This document shows, in pieces, positions 1 through 10,658 of a stretch of 50,189 nucleotides of DNA. Source of the stretch: a virus (taxonomy: Duplodnaviria > Caudoviricetes). Every line of letters begins with the position of its first letter. Within the stretch, counting starts at the first letter, position 1. The DNA is taken from positions 1 through 50,189 of IMG/VR virus record IMGVR_UViG_3300005613_000094; one strand, 5' to 3'. A program made the position numbers and the translations under genes. The notes beneath the pieces are model-generated. The model did not search any database and was not told where the DNA came from. It worked only from the letters and a program-made list of their open reading frames with translations.

Positions 1-123
1 ATGCCCGCTCGCTTAGCCACCCGCGTCATGACTGGTGTTGCCGGTGAGGGTTTGGAAGAACTTGGCCAATCAGGTGTCGAGCAGATAGCACAGAACGTCG
101 CTCTTGGCAAGCCTTGGGATGAG
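1..123. repeat. Terminal direct repeat, copy 1 (circular assembly overlap)
   Basis: Identical to 50067-50189 and falls inside an ORF, so it indicates a circular/permuted assembly rather than a biological terminal repeat. Confidence 0.95.
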
Positions 124-3100
124 GGTGTGGAAGAAGCCATGGCCATCGGTTTTCTAGCGGGTGGCACATTAGGCGGTGCCGTCAACGTAGCGACCACGAG
201 AACCAAGAAGAGTATTTTAAACCGAGCAATTGACAACGCTGCAGCCAAAGAAGTCAAGGCGATGGCCGGTGCTCAACACGCGGAGCAGGGTAAAGAAATT
301 TTGGAAGGCCTTGGCGGTGCTGCAGCAGAGAGCAAGCTTCGTACCCGTTCGCCTGAAGCATTCAAAGAATTTGTCAGGACTATGGCTGAAGACGGCGAAA
401 CCTCCATCACCGAGGTGTTCATCGCAGCAGACAAGTTCAACGAGTCACTAGCTCAATCAGGACTCACCCCGGAAGAATTGACCGAGAAGATGCCAGAAGT
501 AGCTCGTAATCTTCAGGTGGCTACTGAGACCAGTGGCGATGTCAGAATTCCGATTGAAGACTACCTGACCTACTTCGTCGGTTCAGAAGCTGAAACCAGC
601 ATCCTTGACAACTTGCGTGTGACGCCTGACGGCTTGACATTCAACGAGTCACAAGAATATTTTCAGAAGCAGGAAGCTGACCTGACCGAGCAGGCTAGAC
701 AGATCATAACCGAGAATGAGCCGGTACTTAGCCGAGAAGATTACGCTGACCACACCATGGGACAGGAAGCACCAGCGTACGAAGATTACCTGAAGAACCA
801 CGAGAACAAGGTGGAAGCCTTCGCCGCTGACGCATCGGAAGTCCACGAGCAGATTCTACAGGGGTTGAACAAAGCTGGTCGTTTCACCAAAGCGGTCAAC
901 GCCTCATACGCGATACCGTTCCGGGAGTTCTTCGCGGTAAACGCAGCCCGCCAGGGTGTTATGCCTTCCGAGTTGTTCAAGACTATGCCTCTGAACTTCC
1001 GCAACGTAACCATTAACGGTGGCAGCTTGACCCAAAAAGACGCACCTCCTGAAGCGGCACTACTACCCCCTACACTAGATGTAGACGGCGCCACGCGCTC
1101 GACGACGAACAGTGAAGGACAACTATTAGCTAAAGACGAGGAAGGCGTGAGGAACTTCTGGCGGTGGTTTGGCGACAGTAAAATCGTCGACGCGGAAGGC
1201 AGACCGAAGGTTATGTATCACGGGTCACCTAACGACTTCGAGGTGTTCGATTTCGAGCGTATGGGGGAACAAGGCACTTCTGAGGGCCAAGGTCTTTACT
1301 TTACTCCGAACAGAGCCGTGGCTGAGACTTACGCAACAGGGGGTAAGTTATTCGCAACGTACCTGCGGGTGAGAGGACCGTACTCAGACAAAAAGCGCAC
1401 GGTGACTAAGGGCCAAATTAAAAAAGTTCTCAAGGAGCTGCACAGAAACGACCCTGACGCGCTAAGTAACTACGGCGACGTTGACTTCGAGGGGGTAAAC
1501 GGCGTTTTGACTAACGCGGTGGAGATAGAGGACAACGCGGAAAGCGACGCTGACTTTGTTGGTTCACTCATAAACGGGGGTATCGCCACCATCGAGGAGG
1601 TGTTCGCCTCACTAACGGAGGCCACAGGCCGCGATGGTGTAGTTACCGAGTGGTTAAGCCCTGACAAAGAGAGCAGTATCGAGGTTGTAGTGGTCACTAA
1701 CCCGACCCAAATAAAATCGGTAGAAAACGTAGGCCCATTCAACCCTGCCGACCCGAACATATTTAAACAATCAACATTCCTTAGCCCAGAGAGCGTAACC
1801 AAGTTTGCTGAAGGCCTAGCAGCCGAGGTAGGGTTGAAAACTTTACAACTTTCACTCAACAATCAAGGCAACCTTAAATTAGGCACGATCATCGTGGCCA
1901 AGGCCGACCGTAAAAAAGGTGTTGGCACCCAAGCTATGGAGCGTATCACCGAGTATGCAGACCACCACGGCCTGAAGACGGTACTGACCCCCGCAGTTCA
2001 GGACGACTTCCAAGGGACGACTTCCAGAGGGCGGCTTGTTAAGTTTTACAAACGCTTCGGTTTCGTAGAGAATAAAGGCCGCAATAAAGATTTTGAAATC
2101 TCCGAGGGTATGTTCCGGGAGCCTGTACGGGAGACGTTAGCCCAGTTCGCAGGCCCAACGGCTGCGACCGCCGACCAGTTCAACCTGGGACGGGCGAAAG
2201 AACTGGCCGCAACCGGTATGGCTAACGAGGACATCCGTGAATTAACCGGTTGGTTCCAAGGCGTAGACGACAAGTGGCGCTTTGAGATCGACGACAGTAA
2301 AGCAGCTATCAGCACCAAGTACGCAGCGCGTGGCATGGACTGGGGTGACATCTTCTTCAATACGGTAGACGCCAGGGAGAGCACGCTACTCGGTGACGTT
2401 GTAGACCACCCGGCTTTGTTCGCAGCTTACCCAGCCCTTGCGCAGATGGACGTGGGGCTAATACCCGCCTCCGACGGGGCTTCGTTCGATGCGGGGCAAG
2501 GTTCTAAGCCTCCCCAGATAAAAATAGGCGCAAAGGTCCGTAAGACAAACCTGTTGTCGGTCATTATGCACGAGGTACAACACGGGCTACAGAACATCGA
2601 AGGTTTCGCCCGTGGGGGGTCTACTGAACTTATCGCCCAACTTAAGCAAGACCAGATCAAAGACCTCACGGAACTCACCAGGAACCCAGAGGTGCTTGGC
2701 ATAATACAAGAAGTTGACAAGCTTCGGTTTAAGTTGGAAGGACAGCCTGTAGCCAAAGCTGAAGTCGAGAAGCAGTTGGCCGAACTCGAAGCCGAGTTGT
2801 CTAAAGATTCCGCCGTGTTTAAAGATTACCGCGACGTCGTCGACACAGTATCTTTCTTGGACTCCGAGCAGAGCTTAGAACAAGGCTATCGACGCCTAGC
2901 TGGCGAGATCGAAGCACGCAACACCCAAGATCGTCTAGGGTTGAATGAAGGCGCACGTCGGATACTCTCGCCGCAGTCCACGCAGGATGTGCCAGACGAT
3001 CAGGCTATTGTTATTTTCCGCAAGCCGCAGGTCGACGCCACTAAGCCACTCCCTGTGCCTGATAACTTGACACCGAGTACAACACTAGCACAGTCCACTT

Positions 3101-6100
3101 TCTTCTCAGCCCTAGAACGAGAAATCGGTGGCCTCAAGAAAGTGGCCAACAAGGAAGGCTTCATCAAACCGAAGCAGGCTATCGCGTGGATAACCGCCCG
3201 CCAGAAAGAAGGCAAGTTCAAGAAGGAAGAAGTGGAAGCGGTCGGCATCTTGGATTGGTTGGCCGCTGAGGAAGACCCCGTGCACTTGACGGGTATTGAG
3301 TCCTTCGTACAGATGAACGGTGTGCAGATCGAGGACGTGGAGTTAAGAGAGGGTGGCCTGGGTGCTCTGTTCGGAGAAGGAGAAGATAACGAGTGGTTCG
3401 TGGTAGACGCTGAGGGGGCCGTAGAGGAGTACTTCGCCAATCTTGACGACGCGGAACACTATGTCGCCGCATCGGACGATGTGGATTTAACGATTGACTC
3501 AGCGTATAACCCCGAACTAGATGAGGGAGAACCCGGAACCAAATTCGAGCAGTACACCCTACCAGGTGGTGAGAACTATAAAGAATTGTTGCTCACCCTA
3601 CCCGGTGACTTCAAGTTCCAGGATACCGCTCACTTTGAGCAAGAGAATATCCTGGCACATATTCGGTTTAATGAGCGGGAGGCCGAGGCTCCTCTGTCCG
3701 AAGAGATGCTCGCTGAAAAGGCGGCGTATAGCGCAGCGCTACCTGAAATATTAGAGATAGAACAGCAACAGGCTAAAGCACGGCGTCAGACGTCGCAAGA
3801 ACGGAAGCCGATCCGGGATCGGTTGCGCGACGAGGTAGAAGCCGAAGGTAAACTCTTGCGCCACGAGATTGAATCCGAGGTGGAAGACAGGTTGCGCACA
3901 CTACCTCCTACTCCAGGCATGTTGTTGCAAAAAGAGCTAAACGATAGGCGGAACGAACTCCCACAGAAGCCAGACTTCCTGAACTTCGCCCCTAAAGATC
4001 GCGTCCTCTTCATCGAAGAGATACAATCTGATTGGGCGCAGGCTGGGCGTAAGAGAGGTTTCCGTGTATCGAAGCAGCGTGAAGCTGAGATCCGTAGACG
4101 CACCAAAGAGATCGAAGCACTAGGCGTTGAAGCCCCCTCTGACTTGAAGACGGAGTGGGCAGCTTTAATGACCGAGCTACAACCCGAACGGCTTGGCACT
4201 AAAGTGTCACAAGGCCCATTCGTCAAGGACACGAAAGCATGGACAGCCTTAGCGATGAAACGCATGATGCGCTACGCAGCCGAGAATGGCTTCGACCGTA
4301 TCGCGTGGACTACAGGGGCACAGCAAGTTGATCGGTTTGATTTGAGTAAGCGACTGTCTGAGGTGCGTTACTCAGGCGACACGATAAAAGCCCACGACCA
4401 CGACGGCAACTTAGTAATAAGCCAGTCAGGTGTGACCGATGAGAACCTGGAAGACCACATCGGAAAAGAAGCGGCGGCGAAGTTACTAGCCCAGCCTAAA
4501 GAAGGGCAAGGCCAGATACGCACCTTGAAGGGCCTCGACCTCAAAGTAGGCGGTGAAGGTATGATCGCGTTTTACGACAAGATCGTCCCGCAGGTAGCCA
4601 ACGACATTTTGAAGAAGTTGAAAGGCCCGAAGGTTGAAGTGGTCGAGATGGGCGACAAGAAGCTACGAGAAGCGCGTGACGACTTTCCTGTTGACGATCG
4701 CGTAGGTGAGCAGCTAGGCTTCGAGATTACCCCCGAATTGCGCGAGAAGATCCTCCAAGGGTTGCCGTTGTTTCAAGGCGACCGTGCTTCGTACAACCCG
4801 AAGACATTCACCATCTCACTGCTTGAAGGATCTGACTTATCCTCAACGATTCACGAGGGCGGACACTTCTACCTGGAAGCACTAGCGGAAATGGCCGGTA
4901 AGCCAAACGCACCACAACAGATCGTCGACGATTTTAACAAAGCGATGTCATGGTTTGGTATCGAAGACCCGAACACCTGGCGCAGTATGACCCTCGAAGA
5001 GAAGCGTATGTCCCACGAGCAGTGGGCGCAATCTTTCGAGCGTTACATATTAGAAGGCAAGGCACCAACAACCAAGATGCAACCTGTATTCGCCCGCTTC
5101 CGTACCTGGATGCTGGACGTCTACAAGTCAATGCGTGACTTTTTAGAAACCAACCCACTAGCAGGTAAATTAAATGATGAAATACGGCAAGTATTCGACC
5201 GACTCCTCGCAGCCGAAGATGCTATTCTCGAAACGGAAAAAGAACGAGAATACGCTCCTTTGTTCAACACTGCGGAAGAGGCTGGGGTATCCCCGTCAAA
5301 GTTCCAAGCGTATCTTGACGAGGGTGAAGCAGCTACGGCACAAAGCATTGACGAGCTGTCCTCTAGAAGTCTTCGTGATATGCGCTGGCTTGCTAACGCC
5401 AAGTCCCGAGTCATCAAGGAATTGCAAGCGGAAGCCAAGGACAAGCGGGCGGCCATACGGACTCAGGTAGCAGTTGAGGTTATGTCCGAGCCGATTAACC
5501 AGGCTCGCGGATTCCTCCGCAAGGGTGAGTTCTTCAACGCAGATGGCAGCACGACCAAGGTTGACGAACCCTTCAAGCTGAACACGGATAATGTCAAGGC
5601 GTTACAACCCGACATCGACCTGGGGAAGATCAGAGGTATGACATCGCCCAAGGGCGCACACCCGGATCTCGCGGCCCAGATGTTTGGCTTCGATTCCGGT
5701 GATGCACTGATCACCGAATTAGCTGAAGGCGAACGCCCGGCTGAGCGTATTGAGAACCTCACCACCCAGCGCATGTTGGAAGAACACGGTGACCTGGTTG
5801 ACAATCGCGCAGTTGAGATCGCAGCCGAGAAGGCCATCCACAACGAGGCACGTGCCAGGTTTATGGCAACCGGTTTACAGATGTTGACAAAGTCTTCAAT
5901 TACTGTACCGCAAATAAACCGTGCTGCAAAAGCTGCAGCCGAGGCAGCCATTGCACAGAAGAAAATTCGTGAGCTTACCCCTGGCCAGTATGCCAGAGCA
6001 GAAGCCAAGGCGAACAAGGAATCCACCAAGAAGGCCGCTAAAGATCCGAACGGAGCGATCAAAGCACAGCGTGCTGCACTGCTTAACAACCGGCTTGTTC

Positions 6101-8553
6101 GAGCTGCTACAGAGGCACGTACAGAGGTTGAGAAGCACCTGCGCTACCTGCGGAAATTCGACAAGCCTTCACTGCGCAAGTCGGTTGATGCTGAGTACCT
6201 GGAACAGATCCAAGATTTACTGAGCGGCTTCGATCTTCGCAAGGGCGTGACTGCCAAGGCTATCGACAAGCGCAAGTCACTGGCTGACTGGATGGCTGAC
6301 CAACAAGCACTCGGATACGAGCCTGCACTTGACCCTGCACTGCTCGACGACCTGAAGCGCAAGCACTACAAAGAAATGACCATGGAAGAACTACGTGGCC
6401 TGGTTGATGGCGTCAAACAGGTTGAGCACTTCGGACGTATGAAGCATAGAATGCTCACCGACAAAGAAGCCCGAGACTTCCAAGCGCTCGCTAACGATGC
6501 CGAGGATTCTATCCGAGCTAACGCCAACCGTGTTGTTAAAGCACGCGGCACGCCAACAGACGTCATCGGCATCACGGCGCAGTGGGCACGTCGCATGGCA
6601 GCAGCGCACCGGAAATTTAACTCGTTCATCCGTGAGATGGACGGCAGTAAAGATAACGGGGTGATGTGGAATCTGTTCTCACGCGGGATGAATGAAGCTG
6701 GGGACAACGAAACACAAATGAAACAGGACGCTGCCAACGCGATTGCCGACTTGTTCAAGAAACTACCGAAGGATGGAACTGTCGCCGGTAACATATACGC
6801 TCGCAAGAAATTGGTGCCAGGTACTGACTTCAGCATGACCCACGAGCAGCGCGTTATGTTCGCTATGAACTGGGGTAATGAAGGTAACCGCCAGCGACTG
6901 TTGGACGGCGGTACCACCGGTAAGAAAGCATTGTCACCAGCGCAGGCTCAGAAGGTGCTTGACACATTGACCAAGGAAGATTGGGAGTTTGTCCAGGGTG
7001 TGTGGGACTACATCGGCTCATTCAAGCCACAGGTAGCTGCGTTAGAAAAACAGCTAACCGGTGTTGCGCCTGAGTGGGTGGAAGCTACACCAATCACGAC
7101 CAAGTTCGGCACATTCACCGGCGGGTACTTCCCGGCTAAATACGACGCGCTGTTATCCACCCGCAGTGAGTCACTCGAAGCAGTCACCGACTTACGGATG
7201 GGTATGAAGGCCGCCTTCGGTGCCTCAGCTACTCGTAGCGGTTACGTGAAGAACAGAGCCGACGCGGTTATCGGTCGCCCTCTGCTACTCAGCTACAATG
7301 TTATTAGCCAACACGTGAGTGAAGTCACCCACCGGCTTGCTTGGCAACCGTGGTTGATCGACGCCAATCGTATGTTGAAGGCACTTGACCAGCCTATACG
7401 CGACCACTACGGCGTAGAGGTTTTGCAGGAAATGCGCGACACCATAGAAGACATCGCAACGGGCGACAACCCTGGGCGTAACGCGATGGAAGTAGCGATC
7501 AACCGAGTTCGCACTGGGTCCACAATCGTTGGCCTGGGCTGGCGATTCTCTACCGCACTGATGCAGTTCACCGGTCTCTCACAGAGCGCGGTTCGTATCG
7601 GGTCAGGTTGGATGGGTCGAGGGGTTGTTGACTACCTGAAGAACCCACTGGCCGCCGGTCGTCTCGTGGACAGCAAGTCCAAGTTGATGACTGACCGTGG
7701 TCGCACGATGATGCGTGAGATTAACGAGGTGCTCAACACGGTACGCTCAGGCGAAGGACTGAACAACGTGACAGCCAGTTACTTTACGATGATCGGTAAG
7801 GCCCAGCGCATGGTTGATATACCTACCTGGCTGGGAGCTTACGAGAAGGCGCTACACGAGCTTAAGGCAGAGAACGCTACCGACGATAAGCAGCGCCAGG
7901 ACATCGACGAGAAGGCAGCCGCTCTGGCTGATCAAGCTGTGGTTGATTCACAATCCGGGGGTCAGGTTAAAGACTTGGCCCGTGTGCAGCGCGGAAGCCC
8001 ATTGTGGAAATTGTTTACTAACTTCTACAGTTACTTCAGCGCCGCATATAACATGAACATCGAAGCTTTCCGCCGTACGAACTTCAAGTCACCTTCCGAG
8101 GTGGGTGCGTTCGCCATCGACATGCTGCTACTAAACACCGTACCGGTTGTCCTCGGCTTGGCGGTCAAGGAAGGGTTGAAACCGTCTTGTGAGGAGCTGG
8201 ATTGCTACGCGGAGAAGCTGGCCAAGGAACAGATTTCACATCTCATGGGGCAAATGATCCTGTTACGTGAGATGAGTGCGGGTGTCGAGGGTGCCTTGGG
8301 TATGCAGACTTACGGGTACCAAGGCCCAGCCGGTTTGAGGTTCTTCAGTGATGTCCAGAAAGCGGGTGTGCAGCTCGGCCAAGGCGAAGCCGACGCGGCG
8401 CTATACAAGGCACTCAACAACGTCGGCGGAGCGGTGCTGCACTACCCTGCTGGCCAGGTAGCTGCTACGGTCGAAGGCATCGCTGCCATCGAACGAGGCG
8501 ACGTGGGACCTGAGGGTATGCTGCAGGCCATCCTTGCTGGGTCACCTAAATAA
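1..8553 (+). CDS. C-terminal 2850 aa of a giant (~3233 aa) internal virion/DNA-ejection polyvalent protein (ART, GNAT, LPD23-like, zincin HExxH modules); true start at 48918 across the circular junction
   Basis: Motifs: WFGDSKIVD..G.P..YHG..GLYFT..YA (ART of polyvalent proteins); RKKGVGTQAM..LVKFYKRFGF (GNAT); TGWFQGVDDKWRFEIDDSKA (LPD23-like); HEVQH..GEIEAR and HEGGH..HEQWA (zincin-like). Last and largest of three ejection-protein genes after the nozzle. Confidence 0.85.
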   Translation: MPARLATRVMTGVAGEGLEELGQSGVEQIAQNVALGKPWDEGVEEAMAIGFLAGGTLGGAVNVATTRTKKSILNRAIDNAAAKEVKAMAGAQHAEQGKEILEGLGGAAAESKLRTRSPEAFKEFVRTMAEDGETSITEVFIAADKFNESLAQSGLTPEELTEKMPEVARNLQVATETSGDVRIPIEDYLTYFVGSEAETSILDNLRVTPDGLTFNESQEYFQKQEADLTEQARQIITENEPVLSREDYADHTMGQEAPAYEDYLKNHENKVEAFAADASEVHEQILQGLNKAGRFTKAVNASYAIPFREFFAVNAARQGVMPSELFKTMPLNFRNVTINGGSLTQKDAPPEAALLPPTLDVDGATRSTTNSEGQLLAKDEEGVRNFWRWFGDSKIVDAEGRPKVMYHGSPNDFEVFDFERMGEQGTSEGQGLYFTPNRAVAETYATGGKLFATYLRVRGPYSDKKRTVTKGQIKKVLKELHRNDPDALSNYGDVDFEGVNGVLTNAVEIEDNAESDADFVGSLINGGIATIEEVFASLTEATGRDGVVTEWLSPDKESSIEVVVVTNPTQIKSVENVGPFNPADPNIFKQSTFLSPESVTKFAEGLAAEVGLKTLQLSLNNQGNLKLGTIIVAKADRKKGVGTQAMERITEYADHHGLKTVLTPAVQDDFQGTTSRGRLVKFYKRFGFVENKGRNKDFEISEGMFREPVRETLAQFAGPTAATADQFNLGRAKELAATGMANEDIRELTGWFQGVDDKWRFEIDDSKAAISTKYAARGMDWGDIFFNTVDARESTLLGDVVDHPALFAAYPALAQMDVGLIPASDGASFDAGQGSKPPQIKIGAKVRKTNLLSVIMHEVQHGLQNIEGFARGGSTELIAQLKQDQIKDLTELTRNPEVLGIIQEVDKLRFKLEGQPVAKAEVEKQLAELEAELSKDSAVFKDYRDVVDTVSFLDSEQSLEQGYRRLAGEIEARNTQDRLGLNEGARRILSPQSTQDVPDDQAIVIFRKPQVDATKPLPVPDNLTPSTTLAQSTFFSALEREIGGLKKVANKEGFIKPKQAIAWITARQKEGKFKKEEVEAVGILDWLAAEEDPVHLTGIESFVQMNGVQIEDVELREGGLGALFGEGEDNEWFVVDAEGAVEEYFANLDDAEHYVAASDDVDLTIDSAYNPELDEGEPGTKFEQYTLPGGENYKELLLTLPGDFKFQDTAHFEQENILAHIRFNEREAEAPLSEEMLAEKAAYSAALPEILEIEQQQAKARRQTSQERKPIRDRLRDEVEAEGKLLRHEIESEVEDRLRTLPPTPGMLLQKELNDRRNELPQKPDFLNFAPKDRVLFIEEIQSDWAQAGRKRGFRVSKQREAEIRRRTKEIEALGVEAPSDLKTEWAALMTELQPERLGTKVSQGPFVKDTKAWTALAMKRMMRYAAENGFDRIAWTTGAQQVDRFDLSKRLSEVRYSGDTIKAHDHDGNLVISQSGVTDENLEDHIGKEAAAKLLAQPKEGQGQIRTLKGLDLKVGGEGMIAFYDKIVPQVANDILKKLKGPKVEVVEMGDKKLREARDDFPVDDRVGEQLGFEITPELREKILQGLPLFQGDRASYNPKTFTISLLEGSDLSSTIHEGGHFYLEALAEMAGKPNAPQQIVDDFNKAMSWFGIEDPNTWRSMTLEEKRMSHEQWAQSFERYILEGKAPTTKMQPVFARFRTWMLDVYKSMRDFLETNPLAGKLNDEIRQVFDRLLAAEDAILETEKEREYAPLFNTAEEAGVSPSKFQAYLDEGEAATAQSIDELSSRSLRDMRWLANAKSRVIKELQAEAKDKRAAIRTQVAVEVMSEPINQARGFLRKGEFFNADGSTTKVDEPFKLNTDNVKALQPDIDLGKIRGMTSPKGAHPDLAAQMFGFDSGDALITELAEGERPAERIENLTTQRMLEEHGDLVDNRAVEIAAEKAIHNEARARFMATGLQMLTKSSITVPQINRAAKAAAEAAIAQKKIRELTPGQYARAEAKANKESTKKAAKDPNGAIKAQRAALLNNRLVRAATEARTEVEKHLRYLRKFDKPSLRKSVDAEYLEQIQDLLSGFDLRKGVTAKAIDKRKSLADWMADQQALGYEPALDPALLDDLKRKHYKEMTMEELRGLVDGVKQVEHFGRMKHRMLTDKEARDFQALANDAEDSIRANANRVVKARGTPTDVIGITAQWARRMAAAHRKFNSFIREMDGSKDNGVMWNLFSRGMNEAGDNETQMKQDAANAIADLFKKLPKDGTVAGNIYARKKLVPGTDFSMTHEQRVMFAMNWGNEGNRQRLLDGGTTGKKALSPAQAQKVLDTLTKEDWEFVQGVWDYIGSFKPQVAALEKQLTGVAPEWVEATPITTKFGTFTGGYFPAKYDALLSTRSESLEAVTDLRMGMKAAFGASATRSGYVKNRADAVIGRPLLLSYNVISQHVSEVTHRLAWQPWLIDANRMLKALDQPIRDHYGVEVLQEMRDTIEDIATGDNPGRNAMEVAINRVRTGSTIVGLGWRFSTALMQFTGLSQSAVRIGSGWMGRGVVDYLKNPLAAGRLVDSKSKLMTDRGRTMMREINEVLNTVRSGEGLNNVTASYFTMIGKAQRMVDIPTWLGAYEKALHELKAENATDDKQRQDIDEKAAALADQAVVDSQSGGQVKDLARVQRGSPLWKLFTNFYSYFSAAYNMNIEAFRRTNFKSPSEVGAFAIDMLLLNTVPVVLGLAVKEGLKPSCEELDCYAEKLAKEQISHLMGQMILLREMSAGVEGALGMQTYGYQGPAGLRFFSDVQKAGVQLGQGEADAALYKALNNVGGAVLHYPAGQVAATVEGIAAIERGDVGPEGMLQAILAGSPK

Positions 8554-8568
8554 AGGTACAATAACCAG

Positions 8569-9582
8569 ATGTTTAAGTTAACTAGACCACTATTCTACTT
8601 GGGGGGTGACGAGTCCCTCTTGAATGCACGCCAGTGCTCCGCAGCAATCGATAGTGGCTCTGGCGGCGACAGCACTGTACACATAGCTGCCGCAGGTGTC
8701 GGTTACTTCACAGGGGGTAAGACCCTGTCAGCAGGTACGTTCGGGTACAGCGGTACGACTACGAAAGTATCTCTGTTCGCTGGTACATCCTCCCTAGTAG
8801 CGGGCGCCGATCTCTCAGTCGCACGGGTCTCCCCTGTAGGGTACGGCAACGCAGACAAAGGATTTTTTAGCGGAGGTAGCACCTCTGACTCAGGAGGTAT
8901 ACCGAACGCTTGGTCGGTTATCACAGACCGGTTGACTTACTCGACCGACGTAACCGTCGCAGTCGCAGGCGCAAATATAGCAACGGCTACCGAGGGGCAG
9001 GCGGGAGTAGGCACCTCCACACTAGGCTTCATAACGGGAGGGCAGACCGCTGTTTGGACCGAGACAGACATCACCGAGCGTAACACATACAGCTCCGAGA
9101 CCCTCGCGCTAGTGGCCGCAGCCAATCTCAGTCTGGCGCGGGCTTTCTTGTCCGCAGCAGGCAATACAACACTGGGTTGCTTTGTCAGCGGCAGTACTCC
9201 CTCATTGAAGAAAGACACCGACGTATTGACGTACTCGACCGAAACAACCGCCGCATCTTCGACGGGGGACATCGCCAACGTACTCGGGCGCAACTACATC
9301 GCAGCCGGGGGGAACTTAACGACCGGGTACTTCGCAGGAGGTATCGGTTGGGTGTTGCAAGACGTCCTCACTTACGCTACGGAGACGATGGCGGTAGGTG
9401 CGGAGCTACCACTAACACTGTCCGCTGGTGGCTCCGTAGGCAACCTGTTAGGCGGTTGGGTTGGCAGTTCGACGATGATGCATATTGACTACACAACCGG
9501 TGTTGCCGCACTAGCCCGCGCCGCGTCCCTGCCGACAGCGTCCGTTCACGTAGCCTCAGCGAGTACAGGAATCTTTACATGA
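8569..9582 (+). CDS. Repeat (beta-propeller/Kelch-like) protein, putative virion/receptor-binding protein, paralogue 1
   Basis: ~50-aa repeats G(Y/F)F.GG...D.LTYST(E/D)T.A....LS.AR...A..GN; G/T/A/S-rich; located where tail-fibre genes usually sit. Confidence 0.6.
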   Translation: MFKLTRPLFYLGGDESLLNARQCSAAIDSGSGGDSTVHIAAAGVGYFTGGKTLSAGTFGYSGTTTKVSLFAGTSSLVAGADLSVARVSPVGYGNADKGFFSGGSTSDSGGIPNAWSVITDRLTYSTDVTVAVAGANIATATEGQAGVGTSTLGFITGGQTAVWTETDITERNTYSSETLALVAAANLSLARAFLSAAGNTTLGCFVSGSTPSLKKDTDVLTYSTETTAASSTGDIANVLGRNYIAAGGNLTTGYFAGGIGWVLQDVLTYATETMAVGAELPLTLSAGGSVGNLLGGWVGSSTMMHIDYTTGVAALARAASLPTASVHVASASTGIFT

Positions 9583-10658
9583 TAAAACCTAGCAAACCTC
9601 TGTACTACCTGGGACTCCCAGACGCCCAGCTAGACGATCGGATCTCCTGCCCTGTATTCGGGGGCTTCGGGGAGCGGTCGCCTATCGGGTTGGGCAGCAC
9701 CCCACACGGTTACTTCACCGGTGGGTTCGGCAACAATTTGCTGACTGCCAACACTGACGTCCTAAACTTTACTACGGAGATCACGAACCTTACGCCGTCC
9801 GCTGAGCTGACATTAGCCCGGTGGACCCACGCCGGTTTGAGTAATGGTAGTACGTGTTATTTCGCGGGGGGTGGATGGCGCAACGGGAGCACTCAGGGCT
9901 TCTGGAACAGCATTACCGACGTTACCGACAAGATCACCCTCGCTACGGACACCACCGCTGCGAGTGGGGCACAAGTGGAGGCTCGGTACGCGTGCATGGG
10001 TGTTAGCAACCAGGCCGTTGGTCTTGTCGTCGGCGGGTTGAACGCCGGGGGGACCACGATGAACGCGGAGTCCTTCGACTACGCTGCTGAAACGTGGTCG
10101 TCGGTCAGCGGTACACTGCAAACAGGCGCCACCTTCGGAGGGGTTAACTTCTACTACGAGGCTGGTGAGGTAAGCAACGCCACCAGCGCATACATGATGG
10201 GTGGCTTCGATACTAGCGACAACACGAGGCGCACGACGGCTGACATCGTAACCTTTGCTACGCTCACCGTTGCCTTGTCCACCGTTGTGTCGAGCGTCGC
10301 TCGCAGTGACGTAGCCGCAGCCGGAAACACCACTTCGGGTATCTTTATCGGGGGGGACGTATCCGTCTACCCTACGTCCGAACTCACGTTAACCGATGTT
10401 ATGGAACAGATAACCTACGCCACGGACACGTTGGCGTCGGCAGGCACTAGCACTTTCGACCGCATGGACTCCTCAGCAACCGGTGACGCAGTAAACCTGT
10501 ACGCGTCCGGTGGGTGGTTGGGGGACACGGCAGCCGCTTGGCTTTCCGACACGAGTCGTGTAGACTACGCAACCGCGACACTGACCGCTCTCGCTGCTGC
10601 TGAGCTGGTAGGTGGTGAGCGTTCGAGTATGGAAGCAGCAGGGTCAAGTTATTTTTAA
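9579..10658 (+). CDS. Repeat (beta-propeller/Kelch-like) protein, paralogue 2
   Basis: Same repeat type and similar N-terminus (K..(R/K)PL.YLG) as 8569-9582; ATGA overlap with the upstream gene. Confidence 0.6.
   Translation: MIKPSKPLYYLGLPDAQLDDRISCPVFGGFGERSPIGLGSTPHGYFTGGFGNNLLTANTDVLNFTTEITNLTPSAELTLARWTHAGLSNGSTCYFAGGGWRNGSTQGFWNSITDVTDKITLATDTTAASGAQVEARYACMGVSNQAVGLVVGGLNAGGTTMNAESFDYAAETWSSVSGTLQTGATFGGVNFYYEAGEVSNATSAYMMGGFDTSDNTRRTTADIVTFATLTVALSTVVSSVARSDVAAAGNTTSGIFIGGDVSVYPTSELTLTDVMEQITYATDTLASAGTSTFDRMDSSATGDAVNLYASGGWLGDTAAAWLSDTSRVDYATATLTALAAAELVGGERSSMEAAGSSYF

Noticed and set aside
1-123. Biological direct terminal repeat
   Set aside because: It lies mid-gene and in frame, so it is best explained as assembler overlap on a circular contig.
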